Shown: piece by piece, positions 1 to 9,078 of the stretch
Numbering within the stretch: position 1 is the first letter of the stretch
Layout of the letters: every line of letters begins with the position of its first letter
Assembly: GCA_963809205.1 (NCBI GenBank)
Contig: CAWEIS010000025.1
Span: forward strand, 108,445 to 172,444
Direction: 5' to 3'
Source: an uncultured Actinomycetes bacterium
GTDB taxonomy: Bacteria > Actinomycetota > Thermoleophilia > Gaiellales > JAICJC01
Length of the DNA stretch: 64,000 nt
Translations under genes and position numbers: made by a program
Notes under the pieces: model-generated
Told to the model about the DNA's origin: nothing
Seen by the model: only the letters and a program-made list of their open reading frames with translations
Databases searched by the model: none

Positions 1-1074
1 CTTGCCGTCGGGCGCGCGGCTGGAGTCGGACAGGCTCTGCTGCGCGACCAGCACGTACGGCCGCCGGGGATGGACGCCACGCGCCACCTCGGCCTCGGAC
101 GCGCAGATCTCGGCCAGCGTCCCGCCGACGTGCACGGTGCCCGCCCGCCGCGGCTCCTCGGCCGCCCATGGCACCGGCTCCGAGAGAGCGTAGTCCAATT
201 TGAAGACACCTGGTCCGTAGCGAAAGCCGCGCAGCGCCTTCGCGTACCGCCCGGGCAGCGCGTCACCAACGATCCGGAGCAGCGCACGCGGCGTGACGTC
301 CAGCAGCACGGCCCGCGCGCCCTCGACGTCGGCCAGCGAGGTGACCGGAGCATCGGTCGCGATCTCGCCACCCAGGGAGCGGAGCAGCGAGGCCATCGCG
401 CTGGTGATCGCGGCCGAACCGCCAACGGCGACCGGCCAGCCGACCCCATGCCCGAGCATCTGCAGCATCAGCGCGAACGCTGCGGTCCCGCGGCTCTCCA
501 GCGGCTGCATGGCGTGTGCCGCGTTGCCCGCCACCAGCGCGCGCGCCGGCTCGGTGGCGAACCGGGCCCGTGCCAGCCCGGCCGCCGAGCGGATCGCCAG
601 CAGCCCGAACCTCCCGGTCGCGACTGGGTGGCGGGGCGGGCGCACCGGGGGGCCGAGCAGGTCGTCCATCAATGCGCGCCAGTCGCGCGCCGCCGGGCCG
701 ATCAGCCTGCGATAGGCCGCAGCGTCGGCGCCCAGCGACACGGCGGTGTCGTCGACCGAGCGGTGCAGCGCCGCGGCGGTGCCGCCGTCGAGCGGGTGGG
801 CCAGGGCCAGGTCGGGCTGGACGAAGCGCAGGCCGTGCTCCTCCAGCGGCAGTGCCGACAGGGCCGGGGACGCCAGCGTCAGCGGGTGGATCGCGGAGCA
901 CACGTCGTGCCGGAACCCGGGGAGCGTCAGTTCCGCGGTGCGGGTGCCGCCGCCGATTTCGGGCTCGGCCTCCAGCACCCGCACGGAGCGGCCGGCCCGG
1001 GCCAACGCGATCGCCGCCGCCAGCCCGTTGGGGCCGGCCCCGACGACGATCGCGTCGGGACCCTCCTCAGCCAC
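1..1074 (-). CDS. NAD(P)/FAD-dependent oxidoreductase, phytoene desaturase (CrtI)-like family; 3' end runs off the window
   Basis: Not in the ORF track because there is no stop inside the window. Reverse translation from GTG at 1074-1072 gives VAEEGPDAIVVGAGPNGLAAAIALARAGRSVRVLEAEPEIGGGTRT..., a GxGxxG dinucleotide-binding N-terminus. The frame stays open to position 1. The start overlaps the upstream gene stop by 8 nt. Confidence 0.8.
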   Translation of the reverse strand, partial: MAEEGPDAIVVGAGPNGLAAAIALARAGRSVRVLEAEPEIGGGTRTAELTLPGFRHDVCSAIHPLTLASPALSALPLEEHGLRFVQPDLALAHPLDGGTAAALHRSVDDTAVSLGADAAAYRRLIGPAARDWRALMDDLLGPPVRPPRHPVATGRFGLLAIRSAAGLARARFATEPARALVAGNAAHAMQPLESRGTAAFALMLQMLGHGVGWPVAVGGSAAITSAMASLLRSLGGEIATDAPVTSLADVEGARAVLLDVTPRALLRIVGDALPGRYAKALRGFRYGPGVFKLDYALSEPVPWAAEEPRRAGTVHVGGTLAEICASEAEVARGVHPRRPYVLVAQQSLSDSSRAPDGK

Positions 1075-1801
1075 GCCTGAAAGGCTTGGCTGCGAACCGC
1101 GCAGGGGCGGTCGCCATGTGGATGCCGGAGCGGATGCCCGAGTTGTGCCACACGTTGCCCGCGTTCCCCCACTGGCGGCTGCGGTCGACGCACACCATCT
1201 CCGAGACCACGTGTCCCTCGACGCCGAACGCCTGGGCCAGCGACTGCAGGGTGTGCTCCCAGTGCCGGTCCTCCTGCTTGTGGCCGCCGAAGGTCATGCC
1301 CATCTCGTAGAGCGGGTCGGAGGCGCGCATCAGCACGTGCGCCTGGGCGACCGTCACGCCGCCGTCCTCGTATGCGCTGAACGTGATCCACCCTGCGAAC
1401 ATGTGGCCCTGCGGCGTCATCAGCGTGAAGGACTCGTCGTCGGCGTACATCACCAGCACGCCCGTCGAGAGCTTCATGCCGCCCGGCATGCCCAGGTCGA
1501 GCACCGCCACCTCGCCCGGCTGGATACCGGCCAGCGGCGCGAAGAAGCGGTTGTTCTTCGGCCAGAACGACGGGAAGTCGCGCTTCCAGACGGCGATCAC
1601 CTGCTGCGGGGTGACGTCGGCGCCCAACAGCCGCACGCGGTAGGTCTTCTGCCACATCCGGCCGAAGCCCTGGACCGGCGACGTCGGCCGGCGGCCGGCG
1701 ACGTTGATGCCCGACGAGCCCGGCTGCACGCCGGCCACCTCGAGCCGCTCGACGGGCTTCGCCCAGGACTCGCCGTCTCGATGTGTTCGCTCGGTGCTCA
1801 C
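1067..1801 (-). CDS. conserved hypothetical protein (possibly DUF1990-like; family name uncertain)
   Basis: 244-aa ORF with non-repetitive composition. GTG start at 1801 is preceded by AAGGGAG 7 nt upstream. It is packed tightly between neighbouring minus-strand genes. Confidence 0.6.
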   Translation of the reverse strand: MSTERTHRDGESWAKPVERLEVAGVQPGSSGINVAGRRPTSPVQGFGRMWQKTYRVRLLGADVTPQQVIAVWKRDFPSFWPKNNRFFAPLAGIQPGEVAVLDLGMPGGMKLSTGVLVMYADDESFTLMTPQGHMFAGWITFSAYEDGGVTVAQAHVLMRASDPLYEMGMTFGGHKQEDRHWEHTLQSLAQAFGVEGHVVSEMVCVDRSRQWGNAGNVWHNSGIRSGIHMATAPARFAAKPFRRG

Positions 1802-1815
1802 GTCGTTTGCTCCCT

Positions 1816-2172
1816 TCAGGCGGCGGCTGCGAGCGCGCCGGCCTCGTCGCTGTGGATGCCGATCGCCTCGTCGAGCCTGGTCAGCTCGAAGATCTGGCGG
1901 TAGTGGTCGGTCAGTCCGTACGCCATCAGCCGCTGCCGGTTGCGGTTCGCCCGCACCAGCAGGGTGACCAGCAGGCCGATCCCGCTCGAGTTCATGTACT
2001 CGAGGCCGGTGAAGTTCAGGATCACGCAGCGCGTTGCGTCGCCGCTGGCCCGTCCGTAGGCGTCCATCAGGATCGGCTCACACGCCGCCGTGATCTCACC
2101 CTCGATGTCGATCACGCTGACGGACTCGTCCGGCGTTCGGACGTCCATGGACACCGTGGCCTCGGTCATCAC
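1816..2172 (-). CDS. STAS-domain anti-sigma-factor antagonist (SpoIIAA/RsbV-like)
   Basis: 118 aa. The LNFTGLEYMNSSGIGLLVTLL core is typical of a STAS domain with the phospho-serine region. Its start overlaps the stop of the upstream STAS gene. Confidence 0.85.
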   Translation of the reverse strand: MMTEATVSMDVRTPDESVSVIDIEGEITAACEPILMDAYGRASGDATRCVILNFTGLEYMNSSGIGLLVTLLVRANRNRQRLMAYGLTDHYRQIFELTRLDEAIGIHSDEAGALAAAA

Positions 2173-2525
2173 TCGCTCCCCTCGTGACTGGACGCGGCGC
2201 TTGCCTCGTCCGCATAGATGGACATGAAGTCGGACAGGCGGGTGATCTCGAAGATCTCCCGGTAGTGGTCGGACAGCCCGCAGGCGGCCACCGCGACGCC
2301 GTCCGCGCGGGCCCGGCCCAGCAGGCCGACGATCAGGGCGATGCCGGTCGAGTTGATGTAGTCGACGGCGCCGAAGTCGAGCAGCAGCGACGACGGGCCG
2401 GACGACGACGCCTCGGTGTACACGCCGTCGAAGGTGTCGCGCGCTCCGCCGTCGATGTCGCCGGCGAGGTGGATCGTCGCCCGCTGCGGGCCGGCCTCCA
2501 CGCGTGCTTCAAGCGTCGTTGCCAT
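2169..2525 (-). CDS. STAS-domain anti-sigma-factor antagonist, second copy
   Basis: MATTLEARVEAGP...LLLDFGAVDYINSTGIALIVGLL. I prefer ATG at 2525 (GGAGGAGG 6 nt upstream) over the longer track start at 2591. Confidence 0.8.
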   Translation of the reverse strand: MATTLEARVEAGPQRATIHLAGDIDGGARDTFDGVYTEASSSGPSSLLLDFGAVDYINSTGIALIVGLLGRARADGVAVAACGLSDHYREIFEITRLSDFMSIYADEASAASSHEGSE

Positions 2526-4119
2526 CCGAGCCTCCTCCGTCGGTTCGCAGGACGAGCTCCACCGTGTGGTGATGCTCGTCGCCGCTGACATGCATCTCGT
2601 CCACCATGTTGCGGATCAGGAACAGGCCCCAGCCGCGCGGCGTCTGGTCGCCGGCCAGCTTGGCCTCGAGATCCGGCTCGGGAGCCTCGCCGATGCCGCG
2701 GGCGCCGCCCTGGTCGGTGATCGACACGCGGATCGCGCCGTCGGCTTCGACCGCGCGGACATGCACCGGCAGGTCGGGGTTGAACCCGTTGCCGTGCTCC
2801 ATCGCGTTCATCGTCGCCTCGCCGACCGCGGTCTTCAGCCGCTCCAGCCGCGCGGGCTCGACCGCCGCGTTCGCCAGCGCCCGCTCGAGCTGCCGGATCG
2901 CCTCGCGCTCGTTGCCCTGCACGCTGGCGACGGTGAAGTCGGCCAGCGTGGAGGACGTGTCGCCGGCGCGGCGGATGGTGACCAGCGTGATGTCGTCCTC
3001 CTGCTCGGCGACGCCGTCGGTGAATCGCCCCAGCGAGTCAAGCAGCGAGGCGATCAGCCGGCCGCCGGCGACGTCGCTCGACCCCGCCATCTGCTCGGCC
3101 AGCCGGTCCGACCCGAACATCTCGCGCGAGGTGTCGTGCGCCTCGGTCACGCCGTCCGAGTAGAGCAGCAGGTGCGCGCCCGGGCTCGAGCACTGCCTCG
3201 GTCTCCTCGTAGCTCATGCCCGTCATCAGCCCGAGCGGCATGCCTCGCGCCCGCAGCTCGCTGACCACGCCGTCGACCGACATCACCGGCAGGTTGTGGC
3301 CAGCGTTCGCGAACACCAGGCGCCCGGTGTCCGGCTCGAGAACGCCGTATAGGCAGGTGACGAACATGTTCTCCGGGATGTCCGGGCAGAGGTGCTCGTT
3401 GACGCGCTCGAGAACGGCGCCAGGCTCGAGCAGCCGCTGCGCGGACGCGCGCAGGACGCTCCTGGTCGCGGCCATCACGAGGGCCGCGGGGACGCCCTTG
3501 TCGGTGACGTCGCCGATGACGATGCCCAGCCGCCCGTCGGGCAGGTCGATGAAGTCGTAGAAGTCGCCGCCCACCTCGCGGGCCGGCCGGTAGTCGGCGG
3601 CGACGCCCCAGCCGTCGAGCTCCGGCACCTGGCGGGGCAGGAAGTTCTGCTGGATCAGGCGGGCGACCGCGCAGCTCCTGGTCGAGGCGCTCCCGGCTGC
3701 GGATCTCGGCCTCCTGCTCGCGCACCAGCTGGCCGACCCGGACGGCCGGAGCAGCCTGCGCCGCCAGGCTCTCGAGCAGCCGCCGGTCGTCGCCGGAGTA
3801 CTCCTGGTCGGAGAGCCGCGGCCCCAGGTTGAGCAGCCCGATCAGCTCGCCCTGCGTGACCAGCGGCACCACCAGCTTCACGCCGGCGGCGCGCAGCTGA
3901 TCGAGCGCGGGCGACTCCAGCTCCAGGCCCTCGATGTCGATCGCGCCCGGGCGCGCTCTGGAAGAACGCGATGATCGGATCGTTGGGCGCGATGTCGACC
4001 GGCGACAGCTCGGCCGCCGCCGTCGCTGCGCCCTCCGCTTCCGGCGGGGACGCGACGACCGCGGGCGCGGTGCGACCGCGGAAGATGACACGTCGCAGGC
4101 TGTGGGCGATGGTGCTCAT
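2509..4119 (-). pseudogene. GAF - PP2C (SpoIIE) phosphatase - HATPase (RsbW-like) fusion regulator, interrupted by three +1 frameshifts
   Basis: The homologous peptide runs through four track ORFs: 3655-4119, 3147-4091, 3038-3628 and 2509-3150. Recognisable stretches are the N-terminus and GAF tail (ELIGLLNLGPR), the PP2C domain (VARLIQQNFLP, GGDFYDF, IVIGDVTDKGVPAAL, LLLYSDGVTEA) and the ATPase (AMEHGNGF, GWGLFLIRNMVDE). Frame switches lie near 3944-3952, 3665-3670 and 3177-3185. Length is 1611 = 3x536 + 3. Confidence 0.8.
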
Positions 4120-4151
4120 GACACCTCCGTTGTATCCGGTCGTGCGTTCCG

Positions 4152-4163
4152 GGATCGTTACGG
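4152..4163. repeat. 12-nt direct repeat GGATCGTTACGG, copy 1, in a divergent promoter region
   Basis: Exact 12/12 match with 4231-4242, offset 79 bp. It lies 33-44 nt upstream of the minus-strand start at 4119. Confidence 0.7.
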
Positions 4164-4230
4164 TCGCGAAGCCAGGGGAGCATCTGCGATCCCCGGCCCC
4201 GTGACAAGTGTCGCGCAGTGGACACCGTCT

Positions 4231-4242
4231 GGATCGTTACGG
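4231..4242. repeat. 12-nt direct repeat GGATCGTTACGG, copy 2
   Basis: Exact copy, 22 nt upstream of the GTG start at 4265. A related 10/12 copy is at 49098-49109. Confidence 0.7.
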
Positions 4243-4264
4243 AATGGTCTGAGATACTCGCATC

Positions 4265-6973
4265 GTGACGCTCCGGATCGATGTGCTGGGGACGCCGCGG
4301 ATCGAGGTCGACGGCGAGGCCCTGGGTGTGGACACGCGCAAGGCAACCGCGCTGCTCGCCTACCTGGCTGTGACCGGCGGCGTCCACGGCCGCGACCTGC
4401 TGGTCGACCTGCTGTGGCCGGACTCGGAGCCGGATCGGGGACGGGCCGCGCTGCGGCGCACGCTCTCGACGCTGCGCTCGGCGCTGGGCGGCCGCTGGCT
4501 CGACGCCGGCCGGGCGGCGGTCGGCCTCGAGCTGGAGGACGACGCGATCGACGTGCGCCGGTTCCGTGCGCTGGTCGCGTCCGCAGGTGGCGGCACGGCC
4601 GGGATCCGTCCGCTGACCACGGCCGTGATGTTGCACCGGGACGACCTGCTGGCCGGCTTCGGGCTGCGGGACAGTGTGGCCTTCGACGATTGGCAGCGCG
4701 CGGCGGCGGGGACGCTGCGCGGGGAGCTCGAGATCGCGCTCGACAGGCTGGTCGGCGCCCTCGCCGAGGCGGGCCGCGCGGACGAGGCGATCGCCCACTG
4801 CCAACGGCGGCTCGCGCTCGACCCGCTGCACGAGCCGGCGCACCGCGCGCTGATCCGGCTGTACGCGGCCAGCGGCCACCGCGCCGAGGCGCTGAGCCAG
4901 TACCGCCAGTGCGTCCGCGTGCTCGACCGCGAGCTCGGCGTGCGCCCGCTGCCCGAGACCAGCGAGCTGTACGACGCCGTCAACGAAGGCGCGGCCGTCG
5001 AGTGGCCGGCTGCGCCGCGCGCCGACCACGTGCCGCAGCACGCGCCCGACCGGCCGCTGGTCGGCCGGGCCGGAGAGTGGGCCGTGCTCACCGAGCAACG
5101 CGCCCTGTGCCGCGACGGCGGGCGGCTGGTCGTGGTCGAGGGGGAGCCGGGCGCCGGCAAGACCCGCCTGGCCGCGGAGCTGCTGGGCGCAGTCCGCGCC
5201 GAGGGCGGCGTGGCCGTCGAGGCCCGCTCCCACGATGGGGAGGCGGCGCTGCCGCTGGGACTGGTCGCGGCGGTGCTGCGGGCGGCGCTCGAGGCGCGCG
5301 GCGGCGCGCAGCTGGCGGCGGTGCCCGACCACTGGCGGGGCGAGGCCGCGCGCCTGGTTCCCGAGGTGGGCGGCGTCGCCGTTGCCGGGGAGGACGACGT
5401 GGCGGCCCAGCAGCGGCTGCACGAGGGGCTCACGCAGGTGCTGTGCGCACTGCTGGCCGGCGACCCGCCCGGCCTGCTGCTGCTGGACGACCTGCAGTAC
5501 GCCGACCCGGCCTCGCTGGCGGTGATCGGCTACCTGGCGCGTCGCCTGGGTGGCACACCGGTGCTGGTGGTGGTCTGCTGGCGGCCGGAGGAGACGTCGG
5601 CCGACCACGCACCGCTGCGCCGGCTGGCGGGGCACGTGCTTCGGCTGCCCCGCCTCAGGCGGACGGACGTGGAGGAGCTTGCCGACGCCGCGGGCCTCGG
5701 CCGGCACGCCGAGCGCCTGTACGACGAGACCGAGGGTCTGCCGCTGTTCGTGGTCGAGTATCTGGCGGCCCTGGAGGGCCCGGATCCCGACGCACTCCCC
5801 GGCGGCGTCCGCGAGCTGCTGGACGCCCGGCTGGACGGGGTCGGCGAGGCGGCGGCACAGCTGCTGGCGGCGGCGGCAGTGATCGGCCGCTCCTTCGACG
5901 TCGACACGCTGCGGGCCGCCAGCGGCCGCGGCGAGGACGAGACCGTCACCGGCCTCGAGGAACTGACCCGGCGCGGCCTGATCGTCGAGCGCGAGTCCGG
6001 CTACGACTTCTCGCACGACAAGCTGCTCGACCTGGTCTACGAGCGGGCGAGCCTGGCGCGCAAGCGGCTGCTGCACCGCCGGGTGGCCGCCGCGCTGGCC
6101 GGCCAGCGGGCCGATGCGGCGCTGGTCGCCCGCCACCTGCTCCAGGCCGGTCGTGACGCCGAGGCGGCCGAGGCGTTCACGACCGCGGGCGACCGGGCAC
6201 GCGCGCTGCATGCCACCAGCGAGGCGCTCGACGCCTACCGGTCGGCGATCGCCCTGGGCCACGAGCAGCGCGGCGACCTGGACGAGGCGATCGGCGACCT
6301 GCACACGCTGCGCGGCGAGTACGGGTCGGCCGTTTCGGCGTACGAGGCGGCTGCGGCGCTGGCCGATCCGGCGAGGCTGGCCGCGATCGAGCACAAGCTG
6401 GGCCGTGTGCACGACCGGCGCGGCGATCCCGAGCTCGCCGAGCGGCATCTCGCCGAGGCGTTGCGCCTTGGCGGCGAGCCCGCCCGCGTCCAGGCCGACC
6501 GCAGCCTGGTCGCCCATCGGCTGGGCCGGGACGCGGACGCGGAGGAGCTCGCCCGCCTCGCGCTTCAGCTGGGAGAGGCTGGGGAGGACGCCGAGGCCGT
6601 CGCCCAGGCGGAGAACATCCTGGGGATGCTGACGAGTGACCGCGGCCACCTGGAGCGGAGCGTCGAGCTGGCCGAGTCGCTCCCCGACCGAAGCGTGCTG
6701 GTCGCCGCGCTCAACAACCTCGCGCTGGCGTATGGCAGCGACGACCCGGCGCGGGCGATCGCGCTGACCGCCCGGGCGCTCGGGCTGTGCTCGGAGCAGG
6801 GCGACCGCCACCGCGAGGCCGCGCTGCACAACAACCTGGCCGATCTGCTGCACCGCACGGGCCGGGATCCCGAGTCGATGGACCACCTCAAGCGGGCGGT
6901 CACGATCTTCGCCGAGGTGGGCGACGAGACCGGCGGCATGCAGCCCGAGGTGTGGAAGCTGGTCGAATGGTGA
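4265..6973 (+). CDS. AfsR/SARP-family regulator (OmpR-type winged helix + BTAD + P-loop STAND ATPase + TPR)
   Basis: 902 aa. N-terminus is RIDVLGTPRIEVDGEAL...LLAYLAV. The BTAD segment is HRALIRLYAASGHRAEALSQYRQCVRVLDRELGVRP and the Walker A is GEPGAGKTRL. The C-terminus is TPR-like and Ala/Leu-rich. The antisense 1052-aa ORF is an artefact. Confidence 0.9.
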   Translation: MTLRIDVLGTPRIEVDGEALGVDTRKATALLAYLAVTGGVHGRDLLVDLLWPDSEPDRGRAALRRTLSTLRSALGGRWLDAGRAAVGLELEDDAIDVRRFRALVASAGGGTAGIRPLTTAVMLHRDDLLAGFGLRDSVAFDDWQRAAAGTLRGELEIALDRLVGALAEAGRADEAIAHCQRRLALDPLHEPAHRALIRLYAASGHRAEALSQYRQCVRVLDRELGVRPLPETSELYDAVNEGAAVEWPAAPRADHVPQHAPDRPLVGRAGEWAVLTEQRALCRDGGRLVVVEGEPGAGKTRLAAELLGAVRAEGGVAVEARSHDGEAALPLGLVAAVLRAALEARGGAQLAAVPDHWRGEAARLVPEVGGVAVAGEDDVAAQQRLHEGLTQVLCALLAGDPPGLLLLDDLQYADPASLAVIGYLARRLGGTPVLVVVCWRPEETSADHAPLRRLAGHVLRLPRLRRTDVEELADAAGLGRHAERLYDETEGLPLFVVEYLAALEGPDPDALPGGVRELLDARLDGVGEAAAQLLAAAAVIGRSFDVDTLRAASGRGEDETVTGLEELTRRGLIVERESGYDFSHDKLLDLVYERASLARKRLLHRRVAAALAGQRADAALVARHLLQAGRDAEAAEAFTTAGDRARALHATSEALDAYRSAIALGHEQRGDLDEAIGDLHTLRGEYGSAVSAYEAAAALADPARLAAIEHKLGRVHDRRGDPELAERHLAEALRLGGEPARVQADRSLVAHRLGRDADAEELARLALQLGEAGEDAEAVAQAENILGMLTSDRGHLERSVELAESLPDRSVLVAALNNLALAYGSDDPARAIALTARALGLCSEQGDRHREAALHNNLADLLHRTGRDPESMDHLKRAVTIFAEVGDETGGMQPEVWKLVEW

Positions 6974-6974
6974 G

Positions 6975-7853
6975 ATGATGGGCCGCGTGAGCGAGGGGCA
7001 GATCGACGTCACCGGCGGCAGCGTCTGGTACCGCACCTACGGCGAGGGCGATGCGACGCCGGTGCTGCTGCTCCACGGCGGCCCGGGCGCGGCCAGCGAC
7101 TACATGCAGCCGCTGGCCGAACGGCTCGGCGAGCACCGCCCGGCGATCGTCTACGACCAGCTCGGCTGCGGCCGCTCCGACCATCCCGACGACGACTCGC
7201 TGTGGACGGTCGACCGGTCGGTCGCCGAGGTCGACCAGGTGCGGGGAGCGCTCGGCCTCGACCGCTGCCACCTGCTCGGCCAGTCGTGGGGCGGCTGGCT
7301 GGCGATCGACTACATGTGCCGAGCGCCGTCGGGGATCGAGCGGCTGGTGCTGGCCAGCACCTCGTCGAGCATCCCGCAGTTCATGGCCGACGCCCGCAAG
7401 CTGATCGAGGCGATGCCCGAGCCGCACGCGAGCACGCTGATCGAGCTCGGCGACCGCGGGGAGTACGACAACCCGGACTACCTGGCGGCGGTCGACGTCT
7501 TCTACCACCTGCACCTCTGCCGGGCCGACCCGTGGCCGGACGCGCTTGTGCGCAGCTCCGACCAGATGGAGGGCAACCGCGTCTATCTGGTGATGAACGG
7601 GCCGACCGAGTTCGACGTGATCGGGCGGCTGGCGACGTGGGACCGGACGGCCGACCTGGGCCGGATCGACGTGCCCACGCTGATCACTTGCGGTCGCTAC
7701 GACGAGATCACGCCCGCCTGCTCGGAGACGATCCACGCCGGCATCCCGGACAGCCGGGTGGTGGTGTTCGAGGAGAGCGCCCACGTCGCCCACCTCGAGG
7801 AGGGCGAGCGCTACGCCGGGGTGGTCGAGGACTTCCTGGCCGCCGGCGGCTAG
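6975..7853 (+). CDS. proline iminopeptidase-family alpha/beta hydrolase
   Basis: 292 aa. It has LLLHGGPG, the nucleophile elbow GQSWGG and a C-terminal ESAHVAHLEE. It starts 2 nt after the SARP stop. Confidence 0.85.
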   Translation: MMGRVSEGQIDVTGGSVWYRTYGEGDATPVLLLHGGPGAASDYMQPLAERLGEHRPAIVYDQLGCGRSDHPDDDSLWTVDRSVAEVDQVRGALGLDRCHLLGQSWGGWLAIDYMCRAPSGIERLVLASTSSSIPQFMADARKLIEAMPEPHASTLIELGDRGEYDNPDYLAAVDVFYHLHLCRADPWPDALVRSSDQMEGNRVYLVMNGPTEFDVIGRLATWDRTADLGRIDVPTLITCGRYDEITPACSETIHAGIPDSRVVVFEESAHVAHLEEGERYAGVVEDFLAAGG

Positions 7854-8324
7854 CTAGCAGCCGTCGTCTGCCGGCTCGCCGCACGATGCGGCGGCGCCGT
7901 CTGCGGCCCGGGCGAGCAGCGCGTTCAGCTCGGCCCGCTCGCCCTCGCCGAGCGCGGCCAGCACCTCGTCGTCCACCGACCGCAGCGCGCGGTCGACCCG
8001 ATCGAGCGTCCGCCGGCCCTTGGGCGAGAGCTCGATTACGCCGCGCCGGCGGTCGGCCCGGTCGCGCGTGCGGACGATCAGGCCGGCGTCCTCCAGTTCG
8101 TTGAGCAGCCCCACCAGGTTCGACGGATCGACGCCGGCCACGTCGAGCAGCGTCTGCTGAGCCGCGGCGCCGCCCGCCCGCAGGTGGCTGAGCACCAGCA
8201 GGTGGCGGGGCCGGACGCCGACCGGCTCCAGCGCCAGCTCGATCCGCCGCCGCATGCCGCGGGCGAGCACGGCGATCAGCACGCTCGAACTCTGGGACGC
8301 GGTGGTGGGCGACTCGGTGGCCAT
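7854..8324 (-). CDS. MarR-family transcriptional regulator
   Basis: 156 aa with a winged-helix core: LLVLSHLRAGGAAAQQTLLDVAGVDPSNLVGLLNELEDAGLIVRTRDRADRR. Confidence 0.85.
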   Translation of the reverse strand: MATESPTTASQSSSVLIAVLARGMRRRIELALEPVGVRPRHLLVLSHLRAGGAAAQQTLLDVAGVDPSNLVGLLNELEDAGLIVRTRDRADRRRGVIELSPKGRRTLDRVDRALRSVDDEVLAALGEGERAELNALLARAADGAAASCGEPADDGC

Positions 8325-8350
8325 GCGCCCAGTGTACCGGCGGCGATCGT

Positions 8351-8362
8351 TTGCGTTCGCAA
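8351..8362. promoter_or_regulatory. candidate MarR operator, palindrome TTGCG-TT-CGCAA
   Basis: Inverted repeat inside the AT-richer 100-bp divergent region between the MarR gene and the LUD gene. Confidence 0.3.
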
Positions 8363-8424
8363 TTACATCTGTGCTAGAAAAACGATTTGTCTACTGACAA
8401 TCATCTGCGGAGGAGCAACGACCG

Positions 8425-9066
8425 ATGAGCATCACGATCCCCGACCCCGGCCCGGCCAACGTCGAGTTCGAGCAGCCGGCGGATTCCGAACGACTTGCGC
8501 ACGCGGCGGAGGCGATGTCCGCGCGCGGCTTCCTCCCGCAGATCGCCGACAGCGGTGACCACGCCCGCGAGCTCGTGTTCGAGCTGATCCCCGAGGGGGC
8601 CGAGGTGCACAGCGCACTGTCGGAGACGCTGAGCGAGCTGGGCATCAGCCAGATCATCGAAGAATCCGGGCGGTACGACTCGGTGCGGGCGCGGCTGAAC
8701 CAGCTCGACCGGGAGACGCAGGGTCGGGAGATGCGCAAGCTCGGGGCGGCTCCCGACCACATCGTCGGCAGCGCCCACGCGATCACGGACGACGGCATCA
8801 TCCTGATCGGCTCGGGCACGGGCAGCCAGCTCGGCGCCTACGCCTACGCCGCCGGCAACGTCGTCCTCGTGGTGGGCCATCAGAAGCTCGTCCGCGATCT
8901 CATCGAGGCGCGCCGCCGGCTGGTCGAGTACTCGCTGCCGAGGGAGTTCGTCCGCATGCAGGGGTTCGGTTACCCGGGCAGCCTGATCGGCAAGACGGCG
9001 ACGCTGGAGGCCGACTTCGGCGGGCGGATCAACGTCATCCTCGTTCCGGAGACGCTCGGCTTCTAG
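8425..9066 (+). CDS. LUD-domain protein (LutC/YkgG-like)
   Basis: 213 aa. It ends with the typical VVGHQKLV...INVILVPETLGF layout. GGAGGAG lies upstream of the ATG. Confidence 0.7.
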   Translation: MSITIPDPGPANVEFEQPADSERLAHAAEAMSARGFLPQIADSGDHARELVFELIPEGAEVHSALSETLSELGISQIIEESGRYDSVRARLNQLDRETQGREMRKLGAAPDHIVGSAHAITDDGIILIGSGTGSQLGAYAYAAGNVVLVVGHQKLVRDLIEARRRLVEYSLPREFVRMQGFGYPGSLIGKTATLEADFGGRINVILVPETLGF

Positions 9067-9078
9067 TACGGTTGGGGG

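Noticed and set aside
3878-7036. 1052-aa ORF on the minus strand, the longest ORF in the track
   Set aside because: It is exactly antisense to the well-supported SARP/STAND gene (4265-6973). The translation is Arg/Gly/Pro/Ala-rich low-complexity sequence with no motifs. This is a typical stop-poor antisense frame in GC-rich DNA.
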